Positions 22,715 through 36,135 of a stretch of DNA of 64,000 nt are shown here, piece by piece (positions within the stretch are counted from its first letter, which is position 1; the number at the start of each line of letters is the position of its first letter). The DNA lies in contig NC_086097.1 of assembly GCF_963921235.1 (NCBI RefSeq), forward strand, positions 241,058,001 to 241,122,000, in the 5' to 3' direction. Origin of the DNA: Mobula hypostoma. Its lineage: Eukaryota. The notes below the pieces were generated by a model. The model had not been told where the DNA came from. It was given only the letters and a program-made list of their open reading frames with translations, and did no database searches. The position numbers and the translations under genes were made by a program.

Positions 22715-25160
22715 AGGTTGGTACTGGACCCCAGGATAGGGAGTTTGTAGAGTGCCTACGGGATGCATTTTTGGAGCAGCTTGTACAAGAGTCGACCAGG
22801 GATAAGGCTATTCTGGATTTAGTGTTGTGCGATGAACAGGATTTGATAAGTGATCTTGAAGTAAAAGAGCCATTAGGAGGTAGTGACCATAATATGATAA
22901 GTTTTTATCTGCAAGTTGAGAGGGATAAGGGCAGATCAGAAGTGTCAGTATTGTAGTTGAATAAAGGAGACTATGAGGGAGTAGCTGGCCAAAGTTGACT
23001 GGTCGGATGTCCTAGCAGAAAAGGCAGTGGAACAGCAATGGCAGGTATTCTTGGGAATAATGCACAAGGTGCAAAATCAGTTCATTCCCTGGAGAAGGAA
23101 GGATTCAAAGGGGGGAAAGTGCCACAGTGGTTGACAAAGGAAGTCAGAGATAGCATAGCATTAAAAAAGAAGAAGTATAACAGAGCTAAGGTGAGTGGGA
23201 AGACGGATGATTGGGAAATTTTTAAGGAGCAACAGAACTTAACTAAAAAGGCAATACGGGGAGAAAAAATGAGGTATGAACACAAGCTAGCTAGGAATAC
23301 AAAGGAGGATAGCAAAAGTTTTTTTAGGTATGTGAAGAGAAGGAAGATAGTTAAGAACAATGTTGGGCCCTTGAAGAATGAATTGGGAGAAATTGTTATG
23401 GGAAACAGAGAAATGGCAGACGAATTTAATAAGTACTTTGGATCTGTCTTCACTAGGGAAGACACAAGCAATCTCCCAGATGTATGGATGGGCCAAGGAC
23501 ACAGGGTAACAGAGGAACTGAAACAGATTGACATTAGGAAGGAAACGGTGATGAGTAGACTGATGGGACTGAAGGCTAACAAATCCCCAGGTCTAGATGG
23601 TCTGCATCCTAGGATACTAAAGGAGGTGGCTCTGGAAATTGCAGATGCATTGGTGATCATTTTCCAATGTTCCTTAGATTCAGGATCAGTTCCTGAGGAT
23701 TGACGAATGGCTAATGTTATCCCACTTTTTAAGAAAGGAGGGAGGGAGAAAAGAGAGAACTGTCGCCCTGTTAGCCTAACATCAGTAGTGGGAAAGATGC
23801 TAGAGTCCATTATTAAAGATGAAATAGCGGCATATCTTGATAGCAGTGATAGGATTGGGCCGAGCCAACATGGATTTACCAAGGGCAAATCATGCTTGAC
23901 TAATCTATTGGAGTTTTTCGAGGATGTAACCAGGAAGATAGACATGGGAGATCCAGTGGATGTGGTGTACCTTGACTTTCAGAAGGCATTTGATAAGGTA
24001 CCACATAGGAGATTGGTGGGTAAAAATCAGACCTCATGGCATTGGGGGGAGGATATTGACATGGATAGAAAACTGGTTGGCAGATGGAAAACAAAGGGTA
24101 ACAGTGAATGGGTGTTTCTCGGAGTGGCAGGTGGTGACTAGTGGGGTGCCACAGGGCTCGGTATTGGGACCACAGCTATTTACAATTTACATCAATGATT
24201 TAGAGGAAGGCATTGTGAGTAACATCAGCAAGTTTGCTGATGATACTAAGCTGGGTGGCAGTGTGACATGTGATGAGGATGTTAGGAGAATTCAAGGTGA
24301 CTTGGATAGGCTGGGTGAGTGGGCAGAAACTTGGCAGATGGCATTTAATGTGAATAAGTGTGAGGTTATTCACTTTGGGAGCAAGAACAGGAAGGCAGAT
24401 TATTATCTGAATGGTGTGGAGTTAGGTAAGGGAGAAATACAATGAGATCTAGGAGTACTTGTTCATCAATCTCTGAAGGTGAATGAGCATATGCAGCAGG
24501 CAGTGAAGAAGGCTAATGGAATGTTGGCCTTTATTACAAAGGGAATTGAGTACAAGAGCAAGGAAATCCTTTTGCATTTGTACAGGGCCCTGGTGAGACC
24601 ACACCTGGAGTTTTGTGTGCAGTTTTGGTCTCCAGGGTTAAGGAAGGACATCCTGGCTGTGGAGGAGGTGCAGCGTAGGTTCACTAGGTTAATTCCTGGG
24701 ATGTCCGGACTGTCTTAAGCAGAGAGGTTAGAGAAACTGGGCTTGTCCACGCTGGAATTAAGGAGATTGAGGGGGGATCGGACTGAGACATATAAAATTA
24801 TTAAGAGATTGGACAAGATAGAGGCAGGAAATATGTTCCAGATGCTGGGAGAGTCCAGTACCAGAGGGCATGGTTTAAGAATAAGGGGTAGGTCATTTAG
24901 GACAGAGTTGAGGAGGAACTTCTTCTCCCAGAGAGTTGTGGAGGTGTGGAACGCGCTGCCTCAGAAGGCAGTGGAGGCCAATTCTCTGGATGCTTTCAAG
25001 AAGGAGCTAGATAGGTATCTTATGGATAGGGGAATCAAGGGTTATGGGGACAAGGCAGGAACCGGGTATTGATAGTAGATGATCAGCCATGATCTCAGAA
25101 TGGCGGTGCAGGCTCGAGGGGCCAAATGGTCTGCTTCTGCACCTATTGTCTATTGTCTAT
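22715..25160 (+). mobile_element. CR1 LINE, 5'-truncated, ~2.4 kb, with few disabling mutations
   Basis: Successive ORFs give the endonuclease end (LDLVL...GSDHNMI), [68 protein letters not shown] and RRNFFSQRVV. The tail is (CTATTGT)n. Confidence 0.93.
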
Positions 25161-26480
25161 CTCTAGGAAGAGGTACAGTCGACGTTTCGGGCCGAGACCC
25201 TATATTTCCTTCTCACACTTAAACATGTTCAGTTGCCATTTATGAGGGAGGATTCAAGCAAAAAGTGTAGATGTGTAGCCTTCCTCATTCTCACTACCCC
25301 TTGGTTTTCAGAATTCCCCGCAGCAATTCCTAACAGTAATCTTATAACGACGACCTCCAGTTACCTTATGTACTTTCTCACAATTGGAGACCTTCTTTGT
25401 GAATATCTATGGGTCAGCTGGGGTCGGCTGGGGTAGTCAGAGGCCTAACATCTGCATGTCTGTGTGTGAATCCAATTTACCAGAATTATGTCTGGACGAG
25501 AGAGCACATCTTCTGAGGATAGGTTGAGAAAGCTAGGGCTTTTCTCCTTGGAATATTCTATGTGCTATGATGTTCTATGTGCAATGTTCTATTATTGTAC
25601 TGTAGGATACCTCACTGAAAGTATTTAAAAAATTAGATGATTACATTATCTGTATTGCCATTATCTGCTTTCCATATTATCTCCTCAAAATATTCAAAAA
25701 TTTTGGAACAAAATTAACAAAACTGTCATGATTTTATAGAATGGAGTGGGATCCCCCACTAGGATTCTCCACGAACAACATCGCTGTAAATCTAAAGTAT
25801 TAGTTGTCTCAAGACAGTTTTTGGTCCAGTATTTCCTTAAAATTCCAAGAGAAGGTTTGGATCAAGGAGTTCGTCTCAATGAGAGCATGAATCTGGTATT
25901 ATTAGGCACACAAAAATTTTATAAATTAAATTAATTTTAGTACTCATTCTTCCCACAAACTCTCAAATCATAGCTAGCATTTTAAATATGATCTATCTAA
26001 AACTGTTCAGAAAGGAGCCTTCAAGTTAGATCAACACACACAATGACTCTTGTGGAATCAAAACCAGAAGAGTGATTATTTATCACTCTGTCACTCAATA
26101 GGAGCATTGATTTTAGAATTTGAATCCCAGGCTTTCATCCAGCTATTTTCTCCTATTATGCTTGACCTTGCTTCATTCTTTGGTGTTTTTCTATAACCCT
26201 GTTAGTGAAATTAAGGAAGCTTGCCCTCAAATAGCACTTTGCAGGACATTTCTTAATGCTTTACAGCCAATGAAGAGCTCTTCTGAAGTCCAGCCACTAT
26301 TCGAATCCCACCCACTTGTATGCAAGACGATAAGACCATAAGGTACAGCAGCAGAAATAGGGCACTGGGCCCATTGAGTTCGCTCCACCATTCAGTCACA
26401 TCTGATATATTATCCCTCTCAACATTGGGCGCCCTTACTAAGCAACAACTTCTGTTTTAAATATGCCTGATAAATATGTG

Positions 26481-26790
26481 TGGGCACGTGGCCAAGTGGT
26501 TAAGGCATTCGATTAGTGATCTGAAGGTCGTGAGTTTGAGCCCCAGCCGAGTCAGTGTGTTGTGTCCTTGAGCAAGGCACTTAATCACACATTGCTCTGT
26601 GACAACACTGGTGCCAAGCTGTATGGGTCCTAATGCCCTTTTCTTGGACAACATCGGTGTCGTGGAGGGGGAAGACTTGCAGCATGGGCAACTGCTGATC
26701 TTCCATACAACCTTGCCCAGGCCTGCGCCCTGGAGAGTGAAGACTTTCCAGGCGCAGATCCATGGTCTCGCAAGTCTAACGGATGCCTTT
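26481..26790 (+). mobile_element. tRNA-derived SINE inserted in an antisense CR1 3' fragment
   Basis: A-box TGGCCAAGTGG and a B-box-like GAGTTTGAGCCC are followed by the GTGTCCTTGAGCAAGGCACTTAA core. Confidence 0.7.
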
Positions 26791-28727
26791 AATGACTTGA
26801 CCTCCACAGCTGTTTGTGGCAATGAATTCCACAGATTCACCACCCTCTGGCTAAAGAAATTCCTCCTCACCTTGGAAGAATGAGGGAGAATCTCATTGAA
26901 ACCTATCAAATATTGAAAGGATAGGGTGGATGTGAAGAGGATGTTTCCTTTGGTGGGGGTGTCTTAAACCAGAAGGCACAACCTCACAATAGAGGGACGT
27001 CTATTTAGAACAGAGATGAGGATACAGGCAGCTGTGGAGACCAGATCACTGGGTGCATTTAAGGTGGAGGTTGATGGGTTCTTGATTTGTCAGGGCATGA
27101 GTGATTATGGGGAGAAGGCAGGAGAATGGAGTTGAGAGGGAAATGGTGTAGCAGACTCAATGGGTTGAATGGCTTAATTCTGCTCCTATGTTTTATGGTC
27201 TTTTGGTCCTATGGTTTTATTCTGAGGCTGTGCCCCTTGATCCTAGACTCGCCCATTATTGGATACATCCTCTCCATGTGGACTACAATTAGAAAAATAC
27301 TAACAGCTGGATAATATTTTGTCATAATGCTGTTAAGGAATAAACATTGGGTAAGGCAGGAATGATATAAGACCAACTTTTTCAAAAGGACGTAGTAAGC
27401 ATTCAAGAAGACAGACAGAGCCTCTGTCTAACATCTTATCTGAAGGATAGTCCATCAGGATTGCAACAGAGTTTTCCCAAGATGCTTGTGCTCAAGTCTC
27501 TGGAGGAAGATATAAACTAATAATCTTATGAGTCAGGGACAGAATTGGTACCAGCTTGGTACTTTGGATCTCCTTATATTCTAGAAAAAGCTAAGGCTGG
27601 ATCAAGAAGACAGAAGCAAGATTTAGAGAGAAGGCAGAGGAAATTTACCAGGATGCTGCCTGGATTAGAGAGCATGTCTTATGAGGATAGGCTGAGCGAA
27701 CTTGGACCATCCTCTTTGAAGTGAAGGAAGATGAGAGTGAACTGATAGAGGTGCACAAGGTGGTAAGAGGCATGGATAGCCATAGACCATTTCCCATGGT
27801 GGAAATGGCTAATACCAAGTGATTGGAGGAAGGTGTTGGTGGGATGTCAGAGGTAAGTTTCTTTACACAGAGAGTGGTGAGTGCATGGAATGCCCTGCCA
27901 GGTGTGGTGGGAGAAGCAGATACATGAGGGGCATTTAGGAAACTGAGATAGGCAGATAGATGGTAGAAAAATAAGACCATAAGACTATACGATAAAAGAT
28001 CAGAATTAGGCCATTTGGCCCATCAAGTCTGCTCCGCTGTTTCATCATGAATGATTTATTATCTCTCTCAACCCCATGGAGGGCTATGCAGGAGGAAAGG
28101 ATTAGATTGATCTTAGAGTAGGTTATAAGTTCAGCAGAACATCTTGGGTCAAAGGGCCTGCACTGTGCTGCAATGTTCTATGTTCTATGTTAAACAAATA
28201 ATTTTTATGACCCAGATATAAAACGTTACAAATGGCTCTTTGTTTGTTACATTTCACCAAGCGGTAAGTCTTGGAAAGAGTGGTTATCTTACTATGTTAG
28301 CCAAACCTTTCCAAGTTGTCAAGAGAGTGAAGATTCGAATAAGAGCAGAACGCTGTAGAGGCCCCTGAATGGATTTAAAAAATTAGTATTGTTGCTGTAA
28401 CTTTTCACACCAATGTTTAACACTTGTTATTTGGACTATTTGTGCCAAATTTGCTAAGGTCCAATGACTTCTAAAGTGCATACCATGGAGGCCAGGAAGA
28501 GCCTGTATTCAACATCTGTTCAACTGATGTCAACCAAGACGACAGTTAGAGTGTCCCTGGTAATATAGATATATATAATTACCTGAAACCTATGAACCTA
28601 GTGTCTATCTATTGATCTGTTTTATCTATCCATATGTCTATTTGGGTGGCGGGGTGGAGATTCGTTTCTACCTAAGGAGGTGTAAGGCGTTCCTTCCCTC
28701 CGCTAGCGTGCAGGTCACCCTTGGGAA

Positions 28728-29330
28728 AGGTGTAGCATCTCATAAGTACAAGAAAGTCTGCAGATGTTGGAAACCCAAGGCAACACACACAAAATTCTGG
28801 AGGAATTCAGCAGGTTAGGGAGTACCTCCGGAACTGAACAGATAGTCAACCTGTCGTCTGGAGACACTTCTTCAGGACTGAGGAGTAAGGGGGAAGATGC
28901 CAGAATAAAAAGGTGGGGGGAGAGGAAGGAGGTTAGCTGGAAGGTGATGGGTGAAGCCAGGTGGGTGGGAAAGATCAAGGGCTGGAGAATAAAGAATCTG
29001 ATAGGAAAGGAGAGTGAGCCATAGGAGAAAGGGAAGGAGGAGGGGCGAAAGGGAGGAGGAGGGGACCCAGGGAAAAGTAACAGGTAAGCCAGAAGAAGTA
29101 AGTCACTGTGGGGAAATGGGAGTGGGGGAATTTGTTCGTGGGAAGAAGAAATTGACATTCATGCTATCAGGTTGGAGGGTACCCAGAAAGAATATAAGCT
29201 GTCGCTCCTTCACCCAGAGGGCATCTTGGCATAAGAAGAGGCCATGGACTGACATGTAGGAATGGAAAATGGAATCGGAATTTAAAGGTTTGGACACCGG
29301 AAAGTCCTGCTTGTGGTGGATGGTGTGGAG
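28728..29330 (-). mobile_element. Penelope-like element 3' fragment with terminal repeat
   Basis: Minus-strand ORF SHSYMSVHGL...QLIFFLGTLQPDSMNV matches the C-terminus of the 55.7-57.4 kb element. A pyrimidine-rich UTR and decayed hammerhead lie at 28843-28880. Confidence 0.7.
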
Positions 29331-31191
29331 GGCAGGTAGCGCCTGCTTAACCCCCACAGTCAGGGTCACGTGAAGCCATGGGAGCGGGTGGTGGATGGTC
29401 ATCTGAGCAGCTGATGTGTATCACAAGTCCTGGTTATGTGACCACTGTCACCGGGCTGACCATCTCTGAAGAGTATTGATATTGGTAGGGGGTCACCTGC
29501 AGGTAAAGCCATTGCCCAGATGAAGGCCTTATGCTTCTCATTGTTTTAACACATGGTTATTTGAGTTATTGTTGCTTTCCGGTCAGCTTGAACCAGTCTG
29601 GCCATTCTCCTCCGACCGCTCTCATTAACAAGGAATTCCCAAACTGCCACTCAGTAAATGATTTTTTTGTTTCTCGCACCATTATCTGCAAACTCGGGAG
29701 ACTGTTGTGCATGAAAATCACAGGAGATCAGTAGTTCCTGAGATACTGAAAACTACTCATCTGGCATGAAAAATCATTCTACAGTCAAAGTCACTTAGTC
29801 CTCCTTTCTTCCCCTGTCAGATATTTGGTCTGAGCAACAACTCAACCTCTTGACCACATCTGCATGCTTTTATGCATTGAGTTGCTGCTGCTTGTTTGGC
29901 TGATTAGATATTTGCATTAGTGAGCAGGGGTACTAATGAAAGGGTCCCTAATAAAACGGCCACCAAGTGTGTATATACAGTAGTAAATAGGGAGTGCAAT
30001 AAGAGAGCAAAATAGGAAGTTAGTGTTTAAGGGTTCATGGAGAGATCACTGATAGCAGAGGGGGTGATGGTCTTCCAAAGATTTGATGAGTACTGCCATT
30101 GTTATTAATGATTCATAGTGATGAAATAGTTGTATGCAAAGTAAAAATATAATCTAGGCTAAGAATATTCTCTATAAGGATAAAGAGGGTAGGTGGAATG
30201 GGGTATATAGAGACTGGCTATGGGAAGAGAGGCATTAACCTGTGGAAACAGATGGAAACTACGAGGATTACAGACTATTACATGGAGAATAGCGTACATT
30301 ATCCATCTGTCAGTATCGCTTGAAAGGATGTTAATGTAAGAGTGATAAATAGCCCTACCCTCTGGCACAAGGATTCACGGAACTTCCATTATTAATAACT
30401 GCGTATTAGAAGGACAAATTCAGAGTGATAATAAAAAAGCTGACATAATCGGTTGAACCGACTTTGGCCAGCATAGAAACATAGAAGAATAAGTGTAGCC
30501 AGGCATTCCAGCAGCAACAAAGGATATCCACTGTGCTCGACAGAATAACACAGAACACAATAAAACAGAGCACAGCAGGTAACACAATAACAACAGTGAA
30601 ACAAGCCCCTTTCCTCCCACCCACCCACCGACACACACACGGGATTCCTTCTCCAGGATAGACCTCCAGTCCCTAGTCTCCAGGCTTTAGCCGTCGATCG
30701 CACTTTGCCTTCCATACTTCTGATCCACCTTCAGGCTCCGATCTTTGGTATCAACCCCTGGAGTATTTGACGACAGGACCCTGAACTCCAGGCTAGAAAT
30801 CCGGGTGTACTGATTAACAGCACCCCACCCCCCTTGTGTACTTGTGCCTCCTGCTCACAAGAGCCTCTGGCCCTAGGACACACAAACCTGGGACAGCCCG
30901 AAATCCATCGGTGTCCTTCGTCACCTGTCCACGCCATTGTCCACCTACAGGAAGCACCTGAAAGCCCTAGAACAATATCACCAAAGAGCCTTACGAAAGA
31001 TTGGGAGGATCAGCTGGAAAGACTGATGCACTACCACCAGAGTACTGGAGGAGGCCAACATGAACAGCTTATCCACCATGATAAAACAACACCAACTCCG
31101 ATGGATAGGTCATACAATCTGGATGATTAACTCATATCTAAAGATGAGACAACATTGCAGTGGATAGATACACCTGGAAGAAATCTGTTAC

Positions 31192-31868
31192 ACCATAAGA
31201 CCATAAGACAAAGGAGCAGAAGTCAGCCATTCGGCCCATCGAGTCTGCTCCGCCATTTTATCATGAGCTGATCCATTCTCCCATTTAGTCCCACTCCCCT
31301 GCCTTCTCACCATAACCTTTGATGCCCTGGCTACTCAGATACCCATCAATCTCGGCCTTAAATACACCCAATGACTTGGCCTCCACTACTGCCCATGGCA
31401 ACAAATTCCATAGATTCACCACCCTCTGACTAAAAAAATTTCTTCGCATTTCTGTTCTGAATGGGCGCCCTTCAATCCTTAAGTCATGCCCCCTCATACT
31501 AGACTCCCCCATCATGGGAAACAACTTTGTCACATCCACTCTGTCCATGCCTTTCAACATTCGAAATGTTTCTATGAGGTCTCCCCTCATTCTTCTAAAC
31601 TCCAAGGAATGCAGTCCAAGAGCGGACAAACGTTCCTCATATGTTAACTCTCTCATTCCCGGAACCATTCTAGTGAATCTTCTCTGTACCCTCTCCAACG
31701 TCAGCACATCCTTTCTTAAATAAGGAGACCAAAACTGCCCACGGTACTCCAAGTGAGGTCTCACCAGCGCCTTATAGAGCCTCAACATCGCATCCCTGCT
31801 CCTATACTCTATTCCTCTAGAAATGAATGCCAACATTGCATTCGCCTTCTTCACCACCGACTCAACCT
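31192..31868 (-). mobile_element. Young CR1 3' fragment (open ORF2 C-terminus) inserted in an older RTE-like fragment (~30950-32060)
   Basis: 199-aa ORF VVKKANAMLAFISRGIEYRS...YKALVRPHLEY...RRNFFSQRVVNLWN; tail (TATGGTCT)n. The flank encodes YSCPHCTRI, like an RTE C-terminal Zn finger. Confidence 0.85.
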
Positions 31869-32410
31869 TGAACTCCCTGTTCAAGAGAGAGTTACACTAC
31901 GCGAGAGCGACCTCCGCTGTGCCACAGAGGACAAGTGGCAGCTGCAAAAGGAGCGACTGAACAACCAAAAGACCCAAACACTAACCACAGCCACCACCTA
32001 CTCATGCCCACATTGCACAAGAATATGGAGCACAAGTACTTGGTTCGCTGAAAGTGGCATCACAGGTAGACAGGGTGGCAGAGGAAGTAAATGAAGCCAC
32101 AAGGACATCAACAACAATTAAACGGTTCTTGGACAAATACAGTGCATTGGTAGGAAAAGTGTTTGGGCAAGGAGCCCGGTCTGTGTGTGTGAGTGGTGGA
32201 TGTAAGAGATAGGAAAGGGGCCTGTTTGCTGTTGTGGTCTTGTTTTGTTTTATTACTGTTGTTGTAGCTTGCGTTGTACCGTGGAACGTACATTGGTGCT
32301 GGAATGAGTGGCAGCATTTTCCGGCTGCCCTCAACACATCCTTGGTTGTGTTGGTTGTTAATGCAAATGGCACATTTCACTGTATGTTTCAATACACACG
32401 TGATAACTGT

Positions 32411-32950
32411 ACAGTACGATGCAAAAGTCTTAGGCATGAAATTATAGCAAGGGTGCCTAAGACTTTAGCACAGTACTGTAATAATTTTATGTATTGCTGT
32501 ACTGTTCTCGCAAAAAAAAAACAAATTTCATGACATGTGAGTGATGATAAACCTGATTCTGATACAGGTCTCTGTTGTGGACTGAGAGTGGGAAGGGGGC
32601 AGGGAGAGGGGAATCATGGTTGGGAATAGGGGAAGGGAGAGGGGAGGGAGAGGGGAGGGAGAGGGGAGGGAGCAGGAAGCACCAGAGAGACATTCTGTAA
32701 TGATCAATAACCAATTGTTTGGAATCAAATGACCTTGTCCGATGTCTCAGGGCTGGGTGTGTCTGCCCCTGTGCCACCTCCTGCCCTGGCACTCCTTCTC
32801 TGCCACCTGCCCCACACCTTTCATGTGGCACTCCTCCATACCAATCCCAACATTCTTTGCTCTGACCAAATTTACAAGCTCACTCTCTGCTCCACATTGA
32901 CAAGTACTCTAGATATATATATGTGCCTAAGATTTTTGGACAGTACTCTA
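32411..32950. mobile_element. Tc1/mariner-type MITE, copy 1 of 3
   Basis: TIR TA-CAGTACTGTGCAAAAGTCTTAGGCAC; the internal sequence is shared in opposite orientation with 42899-43441 and 60104-60620. Confidence 0.7.
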
Positions 32951-33611
32951 TCTGAATCTGAATTGATTCTGAAGATTTAGAGGGGTATGGGTCAAACATA
33001 GGAAATTGGGATTAGCTCTGGTAGGAATCTCGTTCAGTATAGAACAGATGGGCTGAAGAACCTGTTTCCTTGCTGTATAACTCTGTGAGCCTTTCTGACT
33101 CTGGTTCACCTACAGCAGGTACCTCAAGGAACTGAAAATGTTTCACCTACACTGTCTCTGCAAAATCCGTCAAGTTCTCTGGAACAAGCAGTTAGATTAT
33201 TGCCAGCACCCTTTCTGAGGCAAACAACTCCATTACTGAGTCTTTCGTTACTCACAGGTGTGTTGGGTCTAGTGATACTAATCCAGAGGCTCACTGGAAG
33301 TGAAGGATGATACATACATCTTCAAAAGAAAGTTCAAAGTAAATTTATTATCAAAGTACATATATATCACCATTTACAACCCAGAGATTCATTTTCTTGC
33401 AGGCATACTCAATAAATCCATAATAGAATAATAATCATAATAGAATCAATGAAATACTGCACCAATTAACTTGCAAAAGACAACACACTGTACAAATACA
33501 AAAATAAATAAATAATATTTATCAATAAGTAAGCAATAACTATTGAGCAGCTGAGATGAAAAGTACTTGAAAGTGAGTCCATAGGTTGTGGGAACATTTC
33601 AGTAATGGGAC

Positions 33612-34192
33612 AAGGCTCAGCAGAGGTTGTATTTCCTATGTCAACTCAGGAAATACAACCTGCCTCAGGAGCTGCTGATTCAATTCTATTCAGTAATAAC
33701 CCAGTCTGTTCTCTGTTCGTCCATCACTGTCTGGTTTGGATCAGCTGCCAAACAAGACAAGGATAGGCTCCACAGAACCGTCAGGGCTGTGGAAAGGATT
33801 ATTGGTGTGAAGCTGCCCTCGATCCAGGACTTATATGCATCTAGAGTCAGGAAGCGAGCAAGCAGCATCATTGTAGACCCATCACACCCTGGACATCACC
33901 TGTTCCAACTCCTTCCTTCTGGTAGGTGCTTTAGATCACTGTATGCCAGGACAAATAGGTACAAGAACAGTTTCTTTCCGTATGCCATCAGTCTTATGAA
34001 CACTTGAATTTTGTCTATTATAACCAAGTCCACCTGTACATACACAGGTATACCTCATTGTGTATAGTTCACGATTATTTGCACTATTGTTTTGTTTGCG
34101 TTTTGATTCTGTACAGCGAGAGCTCAGGGAAACCGGCATCAAATTCCCTGTATGTGTCCACATACTTGGCGATAATAAAGGATTCTGATTCT
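33612..34192 (+). mobile_element. Rex1/Babar-like LINE 3' fragment nested in an antisense Rex-like fragment (~33330-34560)
   Basis: AQQRLYFLCQLRKYNLPQELLIQFYSVITQSVLCSSITVWFG...DPSHPGHHLFQLLPSGR; AATAAA followed by a (GATTCT)n tail. Confidence 0.8.
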
Positions 34193-34959
34193 GGAGTTGA
34201 GTGAAGTTGTCTCCCTTTGGTTCAAGAGCCTGATGGTTGAGGGGTAATAAGTTTTCCTGAACCTTGTGGTGTGAGTCCCGAGGTTCCTGTACCTTCTTCC
34301 TGATGGCAGCAGAGAGAAGAGAGCATGACCTGGGTGGTGAGTGTCCCTGCTTTCCTGTGACAACACTTTGTGTAGATGTGCACAGTGGTAGGGAGGGTTT
34401 CACCCATGATGGACTGAGCTGTATCCATTACTTTTTGTAGGATTTTCTGTTCAAGGGCATTGGTGTTTCCATACCAGGCTATGATGCATCCAGTTATACA
34501 CTCTCCACCAGACGGGCCAGGTACCTCATCTGGGCCAGATGATTTTTGTTGGTTCACCCTCCTGAAATCTTATAATTAGAACCGTTTTATTAAGTGTTCA
34601 TTAGCAATAAAAGATTACAGTAACCAGCTCACTCCACTGTAAGGGAGAAAGAGAAAGTGCAGGAGAAGGACAAAAGTAAACAAAGACGTCATGGACATCT
34701 TATAATAAAGTCTATCTCACTGAGAGTTAACACACATGCCAGTGATAAAAGGTAACCCATGAAATAGCCAATTTTGTGGTGTGACAAAGGTTGCAGAGAA
34801 ACTTTTAGAAAAATACAGAATCTGCCACACCACAATTACTGAAAATTCACTGAACAATTACACACGGGGGGTGATTATACAAAATCATAAGCAAGCATGA
34901 GGAAGTTAAACTACAAGAACAGTAACAATTCTACACTCTAATCCAATGGCTGGTTTTAG

Positions 34960-36135
34960 TGAGACACACAAAATGCTGGAGGAACTCAGCAGGCCAGGCA
35001 GCATCTATGGAGAAGAGTACAGTCAACATTTCGGGCAGTTTCTTCAAAGAATGGTGCTTCCATTCCTCCACCATCAACATTGCCCTCAAGTGTATCTCTT
35101 TCGTTTCACTCACTTCTATTCTTACCCCATCCTCCCGCCACCCTACCAGGGATAGGGTTCCTCTTGTTCTCACCTACACCCCCACCAGACTCTGCGTTTA
35201 GCACATAATCCTCCACAATTTCTGTCATCTCTAATGGGATCCCACCACCAAGCACATCTTTCCCACCTCCCCACTTTTTGCTTTCTGTTGGGATCATTTC
35301 CTACGTGACTCCTTTGTCCATTTGTCCTTCCCCACTGATCTCCATCCTGATATTTATCTTTGCAAGTGGAACAAGTGCTACACCTGCCCCTGCACTCCCT
35401 CCATCACTACCATTCAGGGTCCCAAATGGTCCTCCCAGGTGAGGCGACACTCCACCTGTGAGTCTGTTGGGACCATGTACTGTGCCTGGTGCTCCCAGTG
35501 TGGTCTCCTGTATATCAGTGAGACCCGATGCAGATTGGGAGACTGCTTTGCCGAGCACCTATGCTCCATCCGCCGGAAAAAGTGGGATCTCCCAGTGGCC
35601 ACCCATTTTAATTCCACTTCCCATTCCCATTCCGATATGTCTATCCACGGCCTACTCCACTGTCATATCATATTCCGCCTGGGTAGCCTCTAACCTGATG
35701 GCATGAACATTGATTCTCGAACTCTCAGTAATTGCCCGTCCCCTTCACCATTCCCCATCCCCTTTTCCCTCTCTCACCTTATATCCTCACCTGCCCATCG
35801 CTTCCCTCTGGTGCTTCTCTCCACTCTTCTTTCTTCCATGGCCTTCTGTCCTCTCCTATCAGACTCCCCCTTCTCCAGCTGTGTATCTGTTTCACCCATC
35901 AACTTCCAAGCTCTTTACTTCACCCTGCCCTCCCCCAATTTCACCTATATGTTTCTCCCTCCCCTTCCCCCACCTTTTAACTCTGCTCATCATCTTTTCC
36001 TCTCCAGACCTGCTGAAGGGTCTCAGCCCAAAACATCAACTGTACTCTTTTCCATAGATGCTGCCTGGCCTGCTGAGTTCCTCCAGCACCTTGTGCAGGT
36101 TGCCTGGATTTCCAGCATCTGCAAGTTTTCTTTCG
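34960..36135 (+). mobile_element. Penelope-like element 3' part (GIY-YIG region and terminal repeat) preceded by an inverted partial terminal repeat (34960-35038)
   Basis: KCYTCP...MYCAWCSQCGLLYISETRCRLGDCFAEHL...VATHFNS; the terminal repeat is present at both ends in opposite orientation. Confidence 0.85.

Noticed and set aside
23082..23945. 287-aa minus-strand ORF
   Set aside because: Antisense shadow of CR1 ORF2, a common artefact.
26481..26555. tRNA-like sequence
   Set aside because: It continues into a SINE core and tail and has a degenerate B box, so it is a SINE head rather than a tRNA gene.
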